Source: an uncultured Buttiauxella sp.
GTDB lineage: Bacteria; Pseudomonadota; Gammaproteobacteria; Enterobacterales; Enterobacteriaceae
DNA length: 40,000 nt
Direction of reading: 5' to 3'
Assembly (NCBI GenBank): GCA_946480445.1
Contig: CAMLJN010000001.1
Span: forward strand, 113,352-153,351
The notes under the pieces were generated by a model. The model searched no databases and was not told the DNA's origin. It worked only from the letters and a program-made list of their open reading frames with translations. This document shows positions 12,597 through 23,242 of this stretch, in pieces. How positions within the stretch are numbered: the first letter of the stretch is position 1; every line of letters begins with the position of its first letter. A program made the translations under genes and the position numbers.

Positions 12597-13694
12597 TTAC
12601 TGTGCGACGGGCTTACCGGCGCGAACAAAAACAGGTTTCGTCACTTTGACCGGCATTTCACGGTTACGGATCTGCACAATAGCGGTTTCGCCAATGCCTG
12701 CCGGTACGCGGGCCAGAGCGATGCTGTAGCCGAGCGTGGGTGAGAAGGTGCCGCTGGTGATAATGCCTTCGCAGGCGTTACCAGCGCTGTCAGTAAAACG
12801 AACGGGCAGCTCGTTACGTAATACGCCCTTGTCGGTCATGATCAGGCCGACCAGCTTTTCTGTTCCTTTTGCACGCTGCGCTTCAAGGGCATCACGGCCG
12901 ATAAAGTCGCGGTCTGCGGGTTCCCAGGCAATGGTCCAGCCCATGTTTGCCGCGAGCGGAGAAATCCCTTCGTCCATCTCCTGACCATACAAGTTCATGC
13001 CCGCTTCCAGACGCAGCGTATCGCGAGCACCCAAGCCGCATGGCTTGACGCCAGCTTCTACCAGATGTGCCCAGAACTCGGCGGCTTTCTCGTTCGGCAT
13101 GGCAATCTCATAACCCGCCTCTCCGGTATAGCCCGTGGTGGCAATAAATAAATCACCCGCCTGCACGCCAAAGAAAGGTTTCATGCCTGCCACCGCTTTG
13201 CGCTGCTCTTCGCTGAACAACGTCGCGGCTTTTGCCTGAGCTGTTGGCCCCTGCACGGCAATTAAAGAGAGATCGTCGCGGACGGTGACTTCAACCGCGA
13301 AGGGTTCCGCATGCTGGTTGATCCACTCAAGATCCTTTTCACGTGTGGCGGAGTTCACCACCAGGCGGAAGTAATCTTCAGTGAAGAAATAGATAATCAG
13401 GTCGTCGATAACGCCGCCGGACGCATTAAGCATGCCGGTATACAGGGCTTTGCCCGGCTGGGTGAGTTTGGCCACGTCGTTGGCGACCAGATAGCGCAGG
13501 AATTCGCGGGTGCGGCTGCCGTGTAAATCAACAATGGTCATATGGGAAACATCGAACATGCCTGCGTCAGTGCGTACCGCATGGTGTTCGTCAATCTGCG
13601 AGCCGTAGTGCAGCGGCATCATCCAGCCGTGGAAATCGACCATCCGCGCACCGCAGAGAGTGTGCTGTTCAAACAAAGGGGTCTGTTGAGCCAT
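12597..13694 (-). CDS. gcvT: Aminomethyltransferase, glycine cleavage T protein
   Basis: 365 aa from [33 protein letters not shown]. Confidence 0.97.
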   Translation of the reverse strand: MAQQTPLFEQHTLCGARMVDFHGWMMPLHYGSQIDEHHAVRTDAGMFDVSHMTIVDLHGSRTREFLRYLVANDVAKLTQPGKALYTGMLNASGGVIDDLIIYFFTEDYFRLVVNSATREKDLEWINQHAEPFAVEVTVRDDLSLIAVQGPTAQAKAATLFSEEQRKAVAGMKPFFGVQAGDLFIATTGYTGEAGYEIAMPNEKAAEFWAHLVEAGVKPCGLGARDTLRLEAGMNLYGQEMDEGISPLAANMGWTIAWEPADRDFIGRDALEAQRAKGTEKLVGLIMTDKGVLRNELPVRFTDSAGNACEGIITSGTFSPTLGYSIALARVPAGIGETAIVQIRNREMPVKVTKPVFVRAGKPVAQ

Positions 13695-14078
13695 CTTTTC
13701 CTCTTTAACCATCAGGGGCAGAGCGCGTTGACGCCCTGCTGTCCGTCAGACGAAACCCGGCATCACCCTCTTTTTTAGGGCGACGCAAACGTTACCTTTC
13801 ATCTGAACTTACCACTGAAATGACGCGTAAACCATAAGGGGAAACCGGTCATTCCATTAGCTTATGACCAAAACCGGGGGTGCAGCATGCAGATTATTCG
13901 ACTACAAAAATGCGAGCTGATACGCATAAATCAGAAGTGTTGAACGAGGAATTTAGAGTTAGCTAACATTTACGACCATTTCAGAAACAAAATCACTACA
14001 TCACAAAAAACATGACATTAAAAAAAGTAATCCGAAATTGAGCGTGAGATTAGAATATTTCAAATGAGGCGGGGAGAG

Positions 14079-14101
14079 CCCTTCCCGCAAACCGGGAAGG
14101 G
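14079..14101 (-). terminator. Hairpin downstream of ubiI
   Basis: cccttcccg-caaac-cgggaaggg perfect 9-bp stem just past the ubiI stop; no clear U-tract. Confidence 0.4.
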
Positions 14102-14128
14102 AAGTGTGATCGACTTAACGTTATTAAT

Positions 14129-15331
14129 TTAGCGCAGCCAGGAAGGCAGATCCTGCAAGCCCATAGCCTGACGCACCAGTTGGGATTTGACACCCGGCAG
14201 GGTATCGGCCAGCTTTAGCCCAACGTCACGCAGCAGCTTTTTCGCCGGGTTGCTGCCCGCAAACAGATCGCGGAAACCCTGCATACTCGCCAGCATCATC
14301 GCCGCACTGTGTTTACGGCTGCGCTCGTAGCGGCGCAGATATAAATACTGCCCGATGTCTTTCCCCTGACGATGCAGGCGGCGCACCTGATCGATCAGTT
14401 CAGCGGCGTCCATAAAGCCAAGGTTAACCCCCTGCCCTGCCAGCGGATGAATGGTATGCGCCGCATCGCCCACCAGTGCAAGGCGGTGGGCCGCAAAGTT
14501 ACGCGCATAGCGACCGGTCAGTGGGAAAACTTGTCTTTCACTCTCGGCCTGACACAGCCCAAGACGCAAATCAAAAGCAACGGAAAGCGCCTGATTAAAT
14601 TCTTCCGGGGTTGCATTCTGCATACGCTCTGCTTCCAGCGGTGGCAGCGACCAGACAATCGAGCAAAGGTGCGGGTCAGACAGCGGCAGGTAGGCAAGAA
14701 TGCCGTCGCCGTGGAAGACCTGACGCGCTACGCCCTCGTGCGGCTGCTCTGTGCGAATAGTTGCCACCAGCGCATGGTGTTTGTAATCCCAGAAGGTCAG
14801 AGGGATATCCGCCTGCTTGCGCAGCCAGGAATTTGCGCCGTCGGCCCCCACGACAAGGCGAGCCGTCAGCATCGCCCCATCCCTGAGGGTAATGAACGCT
14901 TCGTTCTCGCCCCAGGCAACCTGCTGCACTTCAGCGGGCGCCATCAGCGTAACGTCCGAGCACTGCTCTGCACGCTGCCAGAGCGCATGATGAATCACGG
15001 CGTTTTCGATGATATGCCCAAGGTGGCTGAACCCAAATTTTTGGTCATCAAAAGCAATTCTGCCGAAGCTGTCCCGCTCCCACACTTCCATGCCGTGATA
15101 GGCACAGGCACGCTGAGCGATGATATTTGGCCAGACGCCAAGATGGGCCAGCAGCTTCTCGCTGGCAGCGTTTATGGCCGAAACGCGCAGTGCCGGGGGG
15201 GCATCGACGGCCAGCGGCTGCGGAAGATGATGCTCTAACACCGCCACGCGCAGCCCACTCCCTTGCAGGCCGCAGGCCACAGCCAGGCCTACCATGCCGC
15301 CACCGACAATCGCCACATCAACGCTTTGCAA
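14129..15331 (-). CDS. ubiI: 2-octaprenylphenol hydroxylase (FAD monooxygenase)
   Basis: 400 aa; VAIVGGGMVGLAVACGL FAD motif, LVGDAAHTIHPLAGQGVNLG. Confidence 0.93.
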   Translation of the reverse strand: MQSVDVAIVGGGMVGLAVACGLQGSGLRVAVLEHHLPQPLAVDAPPALRVSAINAASEKLLAHLGVWPNIIAQRACAYHGMEVWERDSFGRIAFDDQKFGFSHLGHIIENAVIHHALWQRAEQCSDVTLMAPAEVQQVAWGENEAFITLRDGAMLTARLVVGADGANSWLRKQADIPLTFWDYKHHALVATIRTEQPHEGVARQVFHGDGILAYLPLSDPHLCSIVWSLPPLEAERMQNATPEEFNQALSVAFDLRLGLCQAESERQVFPLTGRYARNFAAHRLALVGDAAHTIHPLAGQGVNLGFMDAAELIDQVRRLHRQGKDIGQYLYLRRYERSRKHSAAMMLASMQGFRDLFAGSNPAKKLLRDVGLKLADTLPGVKSQLVRQAMGLQDLPSWLR

Positions 15332-15343
15332 ATTGACTCTCCT

Positions 15344-16513
15344 TTAACGCGCAACCCAGCCAAGGGTACGCTGTGCCAGCACGTCTCGTGCCGGAGTAAA
15401 ATGTTCCATCGCCATCAGGCCCAGATTGCGTCCCACCACCAGCGGCGCCCAACGGTTGGCAAAAAGCTGCACCAGCCCGTCCGTTACGCCAATAGTAGCG
15501 GCTTTATCTGCGGCACGACGCCGTTGATATTCAGCCAGGACGGTATAGCTGCCCGGATCCTGCTGCGCACAGGCCAGAGATTCCGCAAGCGACATCACAT
15601 CGCGCAGGCCAAGATTAAAGCCTTGCCCGGCGATAGGGTGCAGCGTTTGCGCGGCATTGCCCACCAGAGCAAGGCGATGAGAGACAGGCTGCGAAGCGGT
15701 GGTTAATGCCAGGGGATAAACATGCCGTGCGCCTGCATGGGTGATACGCCCAAGCCGCCAGCCAAAAGCTCGCTGCAGTTCGTTGCAGAACTGTTCGTCA
15801 CTCCAGCCATTAATCTCGCTTTGCGCCTCCTGCGGATGACACCACACTAACGAACTGCGGCCATCGGACATAGGCAGCATGGCAAGCGGGCCAAACTCGG
15901 TAAAGCGTTCAAACGCCCGCCCGTTATGCGGTAAGGTGGTAGTGACGTTCGCAATCGCTGCGATCTGGCGATAATTCTCCTGCTGCCAGGTCATGCCACA
16001 CTGCGCGGCAAGCCCGGAGCGGGTGCCATCTGCGGCGACCAACAGTTTGCCTTCAAGCAGAGCACCGTCATCCAGCGTGACGCTCACTCCACCCTCTTCG
16101 CGAGTGAAAGAGACAACCCGTCGGGGGCAATGCAGCGTGACGCCAGGTGCTTTACGCAGTAAGGCAAACAGACGCTGGCCGACGTCGTGCAGCTCAATGA
16201 CCTGCCCCAGCGCGCTTATCTGGTAGTCTTCCGCTTCCAGCGTGACGAATCCCGCATGCCCGCGGTCGCTGACATGCACTGAAGTTATCGCCGTTGCACA
16301 GGATGAAATCGCCGGCCAGACGCCGATAGCCGTCAACTGCTGGCATGTACCCTGTGCCAGCGCAATAGCTCTGGCATCAAAGCCGGGATGGGCCGCAGAA
16401 TCAGGCGCTTTTGCTTCAATCAGATGTACCGGCAGCTTGCCGCCGGTCATGTGGGAGATAGCCAGCGCGAGCGTTGCGCCGGTCATGCCGCCGCCGACAA
16501 TAATCACGCTCAT
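15344..16513 (-). CDS. ubiH: 2-octaprenyl-6-methoxyphenol hydroxylase
   Basis: 389 aa; MSVIIVGGGMTGATLALAIS, LVGNAAQTLHPIAGQGFNLGLRD. Confidence 0.93.
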   Translation of the reverse strand: MSVIIVGGGMTGATLALAISHMTGGKLPVHLIEAKAPDSAAHPGFDARAIALAQGTCQQLTAIGVWPAISSCATAITSVHVSDRGHAGFVTLEAEDYQISALGQVIELHDVGQRLFALLRKAPGVTLHCPRRVVSFTREEGGVSVTLDDGALLEGKLLVAADGTRSGLAAQCGMTWQQENYRQIAAIANVTTTLPHNGRAFERFTEFGPLAMLPMSDGRSSLVWCHPQEAQSEINGWSDEQFCNELQRAFGWRLGRITHAGARHVYPLALTTASQPVSHRLALVGNAAQTLHPIAGQGFNLGLRDVMSLAESLACAQQDPGSYTVLAEYQRRRAADKAATIGVTDGLVQLFANRWAPLVVGRNLGLMAMEHFTPARDVLAQRTLGWVAR

Positions 16514-17829
16514 GACTGACGCGCCGCCGCCATCAGGGCTTCTATATCGTCTGCCGACTTCACCACGCTCGCCGTCAGGTTTTCGTTGCCTTCCGGGGTG
16601 ATAAGGATGTCATCCTCGATACGGATACCAATGCCGCGATACTGCGCCGGCACATCGGCATCCGGCGCAATGTACAGGCCCGGCTCAACGGTAATTACCA
16701 TACCCGGCTCCAGCACACGAGAACGATCCTGCCCGTAAACCCCGACGTCGTGCACATCCAGTCCCAGCCAGTGGCTCAGGCCGTGCATAAAGAAAGCCCG
16801 GTGCGCATTATCCGCTATCAGCCGATCCACCTCGCCTTTAAGAATACCGAGATTCACCAGCCCCTTGACCATTATGCGGATCACCTCGCCGGTGACTTCC
16901 TGCATGGAAGTCCCGGGGCGATAGAGCCGGAGAGCGGTTTCTAAAGACTCTAAAACGATATCGTAAATTTCTCGCTGCGCCGGGGAGAACTTGCCGTTCA
17001 CCGGGAACGTACGGGTGATATCCCCCGCATAACCTTTGTATTCGCAACCTGCATCAATCAGCACCAGGTCGCCATCCTGCATCTCACTTTCGTTTTCCGT
17101 GTAGTGCAGTATGCAGCCGTTTTCCCCGCTGCCAACAATGGTGTTGTAGGAGGGGAAACGTGCACCGTGGCGGCTGAACTCGTGAAGAATTTCCCCCTCA
17201 AGCTGATACTCGAACATACCCGGGCGACATTTTTCCATCGCGCGGGTATGCGCCAGCGCGCTTATCTCACCTGCACGACGCAGGACAGCAATCTCTTCTG
17301 CGGATTTGAACAGACGTTGCTCATGTACCCACGGTCGCCAGTCCGTCAGCGTTGCCGGAGCGAAAAGATTCTGGCGCGAACCGCGACGCAATTTGTCCAG
17401 CGCGGCAAAAACAATGCTGTCGGCGTAGTCATATTCGCCCTGAGCGTGATAGACAACGTCCAGACCGTTTAACAGCAGATGCAGCTGCTCGCCAATCTCA
17501 GAAAAGGCGAGAGCACGATCGACAGCCAGTTTTTCCGGTGCCGCCTCCTGCCCCAGACGACGCCCAAACCAGATTTCCGCCGTTTTATCCCGCAGCCGAT
17601 TGAACAACACGCTGTGGTTGTGAGTTTCGTCGCTTTTAATCAGCACCAAAACGGCTTCGGGTTCATTAAACCCGGTGAAGTACCAAAAATCGCTGTTTTG
17701 ACGATAAGGATACTCGCTGTCGGCGCTGCGCGTGGCCTCAGGAGCCGCAAAAATGAGGGCCGCGCTGGCTGGGGCCATTTTTGCCAGCAGAGCCTGGCGG
17801 CGGCGAAGAAATTCCTGCTGATTCATCAC
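16510..17829 (-). CDS. pepP: Xaa-Pro aminopeptidase
   Basis: 439 aa; M24 metallopeptidase motifs (VLIDAGCEYKGYAGDITRTFP, HGLSHWLGLDVHD, GMVITVEPGLY). Confidence 0.95.
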   Translation of the reverse strand: MMNQQEFLRRRQALLAKMAPASAALIFAAPEATRSADSEYPYRQNSDFWYFTGFNEPEAVLVLIKSDETHNHSVLFNRLRDKTAEIWFGRRLGQEAAPEKLAVDRALAFSEIGEQLHLLLNGLDVVYHAQGEYDYADSIVFAALDKLRRGSRQNLFAPATLTDWRPWVHEQRLFKSAEEIAVLRRAGEISALAHTRAMEKCRPGMFEYQLEGEILHEFSRHGARFPSYNTIVGSGENGCILHYTENESEMQDGDLVLIDAGCEYKGYAGDITRTFPVNGKFSPAQREIYDIVLESLETALRLYRPGTSMQEVTGEVIRIMVKGLVNLGILKGEVDRLIADNAHRAFFMHGLSHWLGLDVHDVGVYGQDRSRVLEPGMVITVEPGLYIAPDADVPAQYRGIGIRIEDDILITPEGNENLTASVVKSADDIEALMAAARQS

Positions 17830-17850
17830 ACCTCCTGCAGCTTTTTATTC

Positions 17851-18429
17851 TTAGTGTAGCGTTGGCTTACGTACTTCCGGCGCGGTGGGAACCGGGCGGG
17901 TAAAGGTATCGTGGCACAGCAGCGCCGCGACGCGCACGTACTCGATAATCTCTTCAAGCGACATTTCCAGCTCTTCCTGATCTTCATCTTCGTCATAGCC
18001 AAGCTGGGCAATATTACGAAGATCGTCGATAGCTTCCCCGGTTTCACCGGTGACTTTATCAAGTTTAGGCTGGGTCACGCCCAGGCCCAGCAGGAAATGG
18101 TTAACCCAGCCAGCAAGCGCGTCGGCACGGTCAAAGACGGTGACTTCGTCTCCGTCCGGCAGATATAGCTGGAACAGGAAACCGTCGTCTTCCAGCGCGT
18201 CGCCCGTTGCGCTGTGCATATCGCGCAGGGTGTCGGCCAGGTTCTGGCTAAAGGCTAACCCTTCGTTGGTCAGGTCGTGCAGCAGCGGTTGCCAGCTGCT
18301 GTCTTTGTTGCCACCACACAGCATGCCACTGATTAAGCCGTGCATTTCCGCGGGGGTCAGCCCCACGCCTTGTTGGTTCAAAAGTTGGCTTACGGCGTCG
18401 TAGCCTGGCATAGCGTTCTGTATAGACAT
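17851..18429 (-). CDS. ygfB: YecA/YgfB family protein (UPF0149)
   Basis: 192 aa from [17 protein letters not shown]; [17 protein letters not shown] motif. Confidence 0.93.
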   Translation of the reverse strand: MSIQNAMPGYDAVSQLLNQQGVGLTPAEMHGLISGMLCGGNKDSSWQPLLHDLTNEGLAFSQNLADTLRDMHSATGDALEDDGFLFQLYLPDGDEVTVFDRADALAGWVNHFLLGLGVTQPKLDKVTGETGEAIDDLRNIAQLGYDEDEDQEELEMSLEEIIEYVRVAALLCHDTFTRPVPTAPEVRKPTLH

Positions 18430-18598
18430 GCGCATTCGTCATCGTTGGCAGGGATAGTTCATGTTATGCTACCACCAGGGACTCCGGGGCACCAGAAAAG
18501 GGCTTGTATCTTCATAACGGGGTAGCTATAGTGACGCCCCTTTCGTGGCCCGGTAACAGGTTTACGTAAGGCAGGCGAGTTAACAGCAGGAAGGTGGC

Positions 18599-18928
18599 AT
18601 GTCTGCACAACCAGTCGATATCCAAATTTTCGGTCGTTCATTGCGCGTGAATTGTCCGCCTGAACAACAGGATGCGCTGAATCAGGCTGCGGTTGAGCTG
18701 GATCAGCGGTTGCAAGATTTAAAAGTTCGCACTAGAGTCACAAATACTGAGCAGCTCGTTTTCATAGCAGCGCTGAATATTTGCTATGAATTAGCTCAGG
18801 AAAAATCGAAAACCCGTGACTATGCTGCTAACATGGAGCAGCGGATCAAAATGTTACAGCAGACCATTGAACAGGCGTTACTGGAACAGGGTCGCATAAC
18901 AGAAAGACAGGGTCCAAATTTTGAATAA
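18599..18928 (+). CDS. zapA: Cell division protein ZapA
   Basis: 109 aa [31 protein letters not shown]; divergent from ygfB. Confidence 0.96.
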   Translation: MSAQPVDIQIFGRSLRVNCPPEQQDALNQAAVELDQRLQDLKVRTRVTNTEQLVFIAALNICYELAQEKSKTRDYAANMEQRIKMLQQTIEQALLEQGRITERQGPNFE

Positions 18929-18970
18929 CGCTTCCCAGTCGACTATGGTAGAGTGACTGGGAAGAAAAAA

Positions 18971-19152
18971 TTTCTCTGAGATGTTTGCAAGCGGGCCAGT
19001 CCCCTGAGCCGATATTTCATACCACAAGAATGTGGTGCTCCACCGTCGGTGAGCATGCTCGGTCCGTCCGAGAAGCCTGATGACAGTGACGCTGCATTCA
19101 CCTTGAACCAAGGGTTCAAGGGTTACAGCCTGCGGCGGCATCTCGGAGATTC
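18971..19152 (+). ncRNA. ssrS: 6S RNA
   Basis: About 182 nt nearly identical to E. coli 6S: atttctctgagatgt...gcgggccagtcccctgagccgatatttcata...gagcatgctcggtccgtccgagaagcct...tgaaccaagggttcaagggttacagcctgcggcggcatctcggagattc; between zapA and fau. Confidence 0.96.
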
Positions 19153-19176
19153 CCTCTTTCTACCCGGTCATCACGT

Positions 19177-19845
19177 ATGACATCTACATCACAAGCTTCA
19201 CCTGTCCCTCCCGTTTCCACACTTCGTAGCGAAATTCGCCAGACTATACGGCAGCGTCGTCGCGCCCTTACCGCCTCTGAACAGCAGCTTTTTGCCCAAC
19301 AGGCCGCGTCGCGTATGCTTGCCTATCCGCCGGTGCAAGAAGCGAACAGCGTCGCCGTGTTTTTATCTTTTGACGGGGAGCTGGATACCCGCCCGCTGAT
19401 TCAGGCTTTATGGCAGGCAGGAAAAACCGTTTATCTTCCGGTACTTCACCCTTTCAGCAAAGGCAACCTGCTGTTCCTGCGTTACGATCAACATAGCCCG
19501 CTGGTTATGAATCGTCTGAAAATTCTCGAGCCGCAGCTTGATGTTCGTAATGTGCTTGCGCTGGATAAACTCGATGTACTGATTACGCCGCTGGTGGCTT
19601 TCGATGAGCAGGGCCAGCGTTTAGGTATGGGCGGTGGATTTTACGATCGCACGCTACAGAACTGGCGGCAGCACAGGTTATGGCCGGTAGGTCTGGCGCA
19701 TGATTGTCAGCAGGTAACGGCATTGCCCGCCGAAGAGTGGGATATTCCCTTGCCCGCGGTTGTCACACCTTCGCGGATTTGGGCGTGGTCAGGCCCAACC
19801 TTCTCCCCCAGGAGAGAAGGTCAGGCTCAGGCAAACAATCAGTAA
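19177..19845 (+). CDS. fau: 5-formyltetrahydrofolate cyclo-ligase
   Basis: 222 aa; TLITPLVAFDEQGQRLGMGGGFYDRTL-type motif (here VLITPLVAFDEQGQRLGMGGGFYDRTLQNW); downstream of ssrS as in E. coli. Confidence 0.92.
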   Translation: MTSTSQASPVPPVSTLRSEIRQTIRQRRRALTASEQQLFAQQAASRMLAYPPVQEANSVAVFLSFDGELDTRPLIQALWQAGKTVYLPVLHPFSKGNLLFLRYDQHSPLVMNRLKILEPQLDVRNVLALDKLDVLITPLVAFDEQGQRLGMGGGFYDRTLQNWRQHRLWPVGLAHDCQQVTALPAEEWDIPLPAVVTPSRIWAWSGPTFSPRREGQAQANNQ

Positions 19846-21077
19846 AGCAGACGCGCGCGGATAGTCCCCGGTACCCCTTTCATGGATTTCAGCGCCGCCT
19901 CTGCGACATCTTCTTCCGCATCAATATCAATCACCACGTAGCCCATCTGCGGCGTGGTTTGCAGGAACTGTGCGGCAATGTTGATGCCCTGGTCGGCAAA
20001 GATCTGGTTGAGCGCGGTCAGAATACCCGGGCGGTTTTCGTGAATGTGCAGCAGACGACTTGTGGTTCCGCCGTGCAGCGGCAGGGAAACTTCCGGGAAG
20101 TTCACCGCAGATAGCGTTGAGCCATTATCGGAGTATTTCGCCAGCTTGCCCGCCACTTCCAGACCGATATTTTCCTGCGCTTCCTGAGTGGAGCCGCCGA
20201 TATGTGGCGTCAGAATGACGTTATCAAATTCGCAAAGCGGTGAAGTGAAAGGATCGCTGTTGGTAGCAGGCTCCGTCGGGAAGACGTCGATTGCCGCCCC
20301 CGCCAGGTGTTTACGGGCCAGCGCATCACACAGGGCTGGAATATCCACCACGGTGCCGCGAGCGTCGTTAATCAGCAGTGAACCCGGCTTCATCAGCGCC
20401 AGTTCGTTGGCACCAATCATGTTTTTCGTGGAGGCGTTTTCAGGTACGTGCAGGCTGACCACGTCGCTCATATTCAGCAGGTCGGAAAGATGCTGCACCT
20501 GGGTTGCATTACCCAGCGGCAGTTTATTTTCGATATCGTAGAAGAAAACGTGCATGCCGAGCGCTTCAGCCAGGATGCCCAGCTGGGTGCCGATATGACC
20601 GTAACCTATGATACCCAGCTTTTTACCGCGAGCTTCAAAGGAGCCGACGGCCAGTTTATTCCATACGCCACGGTGCGCCTTTGCGTTCGCTTCCGGAACG
20701 CCACGCAGCAGCAGCAGCAGCTGGCCAATAACCAGCTCGGCTACGGAGCGCGTATTGGAGAAGGGAGCGTTAAAAACAGGCACACCGCGTTTGGCCGCCG
20801 CGTCCAGATCGACCTGGTTGGTGCCAATACAGAAACAGCCGATCGCCACCAGTTTTTCTGCCGCCGCCAGGACATCTTCGGTTAAGTGGGTGCGGGATCG
20901 TAAGCCGATGAAATGGGCATCGCGGATAGCATCCTTTAAGGCATCGCTATCCAGCGCGCCTTTGTGATACTCGATGTTGGTATAACCTGCCGCGCGAAGA
21001 TTCTCGACCGCTTTCTGGTGCACGCCTTCCACCAGCAGGAATTTAATTTTGTCTTTCTCCAGTGATACTTTTGCCAT
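19839..21077 (-). CDS. serA: D-3-phosphoglycerate dehydrogenase
   Basis: 412 aa; LGIIGYGHIGTQLGILAEALGM NAD motif, C-terminal ACT domain ending IRARLLY. Confidence 0.97.
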   Translation of the reverse strand: MAKVSLEKDKIKFLLVEGVHQKAVENLRAAGYTNIEYHKGALDSDALKDAIRDAHFIGLRSRTHLTEDVLAAAEKLVAIGCFCIGTNQVDLDAAAKRGVPVFNAPFSNTRSVAELVIGQLLLLLRGVPEANAKAHRGVWNKLAVGSFEARGKKLGIIGYGHIGTQLGILAEALGMHVFFYDIENKLPLGNATQVQHLSDLLNMSDVVSLHVPENASTKNMIGANELALMKPGSLLINDARGTVVDIPALCDALARKHLAGAAIDVFPTEPATNSDPFTSPLCEFDNVILTPHIGGSTQEAQENIGLEVAGKLAKYSDNGSTLSAVNFPEVSLPLHGGTTSRLLHIHENRPGILTALNQIFADQGINIAAQFLQTTPQMGYVVIDIDAEEDVAEAALKSMKGVPGTIRARLLY

Positions 21078-21262
21078 TTCCCGACCCTGTTTATCTGTTC
21101 TGCGTATAAGTTACCCTTCTGTCAAAATATCAAAATTTACGCCTTCGGCAATATAAACGATTGCGTTGCGGCGTAGCCGAAAAGGGCTAAAAAGGTTGGT
21201 GTTAGCACAAAATGCTGGACGGAAGAGAGAACCAGGAATGAATCACAGGCGCTTTACGAGAA

Positions 21263-21278
21263 TGTGACATATGTCACC
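21263..21278. promoter_or_regulatory. Candidate CRP binding site upstream of serA
   Basis: TGTGACATATGTCACC: close match to TGTGA-N6-TCACA, 14-nt perfect palindrome core gtgacatatgtcac. Confidence 0.55.
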
Positions 21279-21348
21279 AAAATTACCGTTAAAATAATTT
21301 GTCATTTTTTATACGGATTTTTGGGGCGCAGAAAGCGCCCCGCTCAGA

Positions 21349-22008
21349 TCATTTTACGATGGTTTTCACGCCGTCAGCCGTACCGATAAGCGCGACATCT
21401 GCGCCACGGTTGGCAAACAGCCCTACGGTAACCACGCCAGGCAGGCCGTTAATCGCGTTTTCCAGCGCGACAGGATCGATAATGCTCAGGCCATAAACAT
21501 CAAGAATGATGTTACCGTTATCGGTCACGACGCCCTGACGGTATTCCGGGCGGCCACCCAGCTTCACCAGTTCGCGCGCCACGCAGCTACGCGCCATCGG
21601 GATCACTTCAACCGGCAGCGGGAAGTTGCCCAGAATATCCACCTGCTTTGACGCATCCGCAATACAGATAAACTTATCGGCCACTGAAGCAATGATCTTT
21701 TCACGGGTAAGCGCCGCGCCGCCGCCTTTGATCATCTGCATCTGCCCGTTGATCTCATCCGCGCCGTCGACATAGATCCCGAGGGAATCAACTTCGTTAA
21801 GATCGTAGACGGTGATACCGAGGCTTTTCAGTTTGGCGGTGGAAGCGTCAGAGCTGGAGACTGCGCCATCAATCTGGTGTTTGATGGTGCCCAGAGCATC
21901 AATAAAGTGCGCTGCGGTCGATCCTGTACCCACGCCAACGATAGTGCCCGGCTGCACGTACTGGAGTGCTGCCCATCCGACTGCTTTTTTCAGTTCATCC
22001 TGCGTCAT
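21349..22008 (-). CDS. rpiA: Ribose-5-phosphate isomerase A
   Basis: 219 aa from [37 protein letters not shown]. Confidence 0.97.
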   Translation of the reverse strand: MTQDELKKAVGWAALQYVQPGTIVGVGTGSTAAHFIDALGTIKHQIDGAVSSSDASTAKLKSLGITVYDLNEVDSLGIYVDGADEINGQMQMIKGGGAALTREKIIASVADKFICIADASKQVDILGNFPLPVEVIPMARSCVARELVKLGGRPEYRQGVVTDNGNIILDVYGLSIIDPVALENAINGLPGVVTVGLFANRGADVALIGTADGVKTIVK

Positions 22009-22174
22009 GGTTAGTTGCCTGTGCTGTGAAAACTGACGCGCATTATAAAGCATGCCCGACAGGATTGTCCCCGCGAATGGCTGAACTCATCCGATCTTTG
22101 TGGATTTGGTCTGGATTGGCGGCAAATTTATGTCATAGTGCTTGCACAATAAAAACAGGAGTCAGCAAACGACA

Positions 22175-23074
22175 ATGAAACGCCCGGACTACAGAACACT
22201 ACAGGCGCTGGATGCGGTTATTCGTGAACGAGGATTTGAGCGCGCGGCGCAAAAGCTCTGCATCACTCAATCCGCAGTGTCACAGCGCATTAAGCAACTG
22301 GAAAACATGTTCGGCCAGCCATTGTTAGTTCGCACTGTCCCCCCTCGTCCAACGGAGCAGGGGCAGAAACTGCTGGCTCTGCTTCGCCAGGTGGAGCTGC
22401 TGGAAGAGGAGTGGCTGGGTGATGAACAAATCGGCTCCACGCCGCTGCTGCTGTCGCTGGCGGTGAACGCCGACAGTCTGGCCACTTGGCTGCTGCCTGC
22501 GCTGGCCCCGGTGCTGGCCGACTCCCCTATTCGCCTGAATCTTCAGGTTGAAGACGAAACCCGGACGCAGGAACGCCTGCGTCGTGGCGAAGTGGTGGGA
22601 GCGGTATCTATTCAACCACAGCCGCTGCCCAGCTGCCTCGTCGATCGTTTAGGCGCGCTGGACTATCTTTTTGTGGGATCAAAAGAGTTTGCCGCCCGCT
22701 ATTTTCCGAATGGCGTGACGCGCTCCGCACTGCTGAAAGCCCCCGCCGTGGCCTTCGACCACCTGGACGATATGCATCAGGCTTTTTTGCAGCAGAACTT
22801 TGATTTATCTCCCGGCAGCGTGCCCTGCCATATCGTTAACTCTTCGGAAGCCTTTGTGCAGCTGGCTCGTCAGGGAACAACGTGCTGTATGATCCCGCAC
22901 CTGCAAATCGAAAGAGAGCTCAATAGCGGCGAGCTTATCGACCTGACGCCGGGTCTGATGCAAAGACGTATGCTCTACTGGCACCGGTTTGCGCCGGAAA
23001 GCCGCATGATGCGCAACGTCACGGACGCGCTGCTGGAATATGGACACCGAGTGTTACGCCAGGACGCCGAATAG
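22175..23074 (+). CDS. argP: LysR-type regulator ArgP (IciA)
   Basis: 299 aa from [43 protein letters not shown]; divergent from rpiA. Confidence 0.95.
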   Translation: MKRPDYRTLQALDAVIRERGFERAAQKLCITQSAVSQRIKQLENMFGQPLLVRTVPPRPTEQGQKLLALLRQVELLEEEWLGDEQIGSTPLLLSLAVNADSLATWLLPALAPVLADSPIRLNLQVEDETRTQERLRRGEVVGAVSIQPQPLPSCLVDRLGALDYLFVGSKEFAARYFPNGVTRSALLKAPAVAFDHLDDMHQAFLQQNFDLSPGSVPCHIVNSSEAFVQLARQGTTCCMIPHLQIERELNSGELIDLTPGLMQRRMLYWHRFAPESRMMRNVTDALLEYGHRVLRQDAE

Positions 23075-23076
23075 CA

Positions 23077-23103
23077 AAAAGCCCGCTTTCTAAGCGGGCT
23101 TTT
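23077..23103 (+). terminator. Terminator hairpin 1 downstream of argP
   Basis: aaaagcccgctt-tct-aagcgggctttt, 12-bp perfect stem with T tail. Confidence 0.8.
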
Positions 23104-23242
23104 ATTGCTAACAAAGAAGGAAAAAGCGTGGTTTTTCCTTCTTTGACGTTAGCTGCCGAAAATCAACAAATTGATTTTCCTTATTTTTTTATTGGGCGAT
23201 CTCTGCTTGTCCTGCATGAAGACAGGGCTCGCCATCAGTCTG
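23104..23242 (+). repeat. Copy A of a structured non-coding element (two long hairpins) between two terminator-like hairpins
   Basis: Hairpin caaagaaggaaaaa/tttttccttctttg (23112-23125 with 23132-23145), hairpin gaaaatcaa/ttgattttc (23158-23166 with 23171-23179). Core 23111-23181 aligns to the reverse complement of 37508-37580. Confidence 0.65.

Noticed and set aside
13695-14078. Possible glycine riboswitch in the long gcvT upstream region
   Set aside because: No recognisable tandem aptamer; enterobacterial gcv operons are controlled by GcvA/GcvR, Lrp and PurR instead.
14372-15238. 288-aa plus-strand ORF opposite ubiI
   Set aside because: Antisense shadow of ubiI with low-complexity composition and no recognisable domain.
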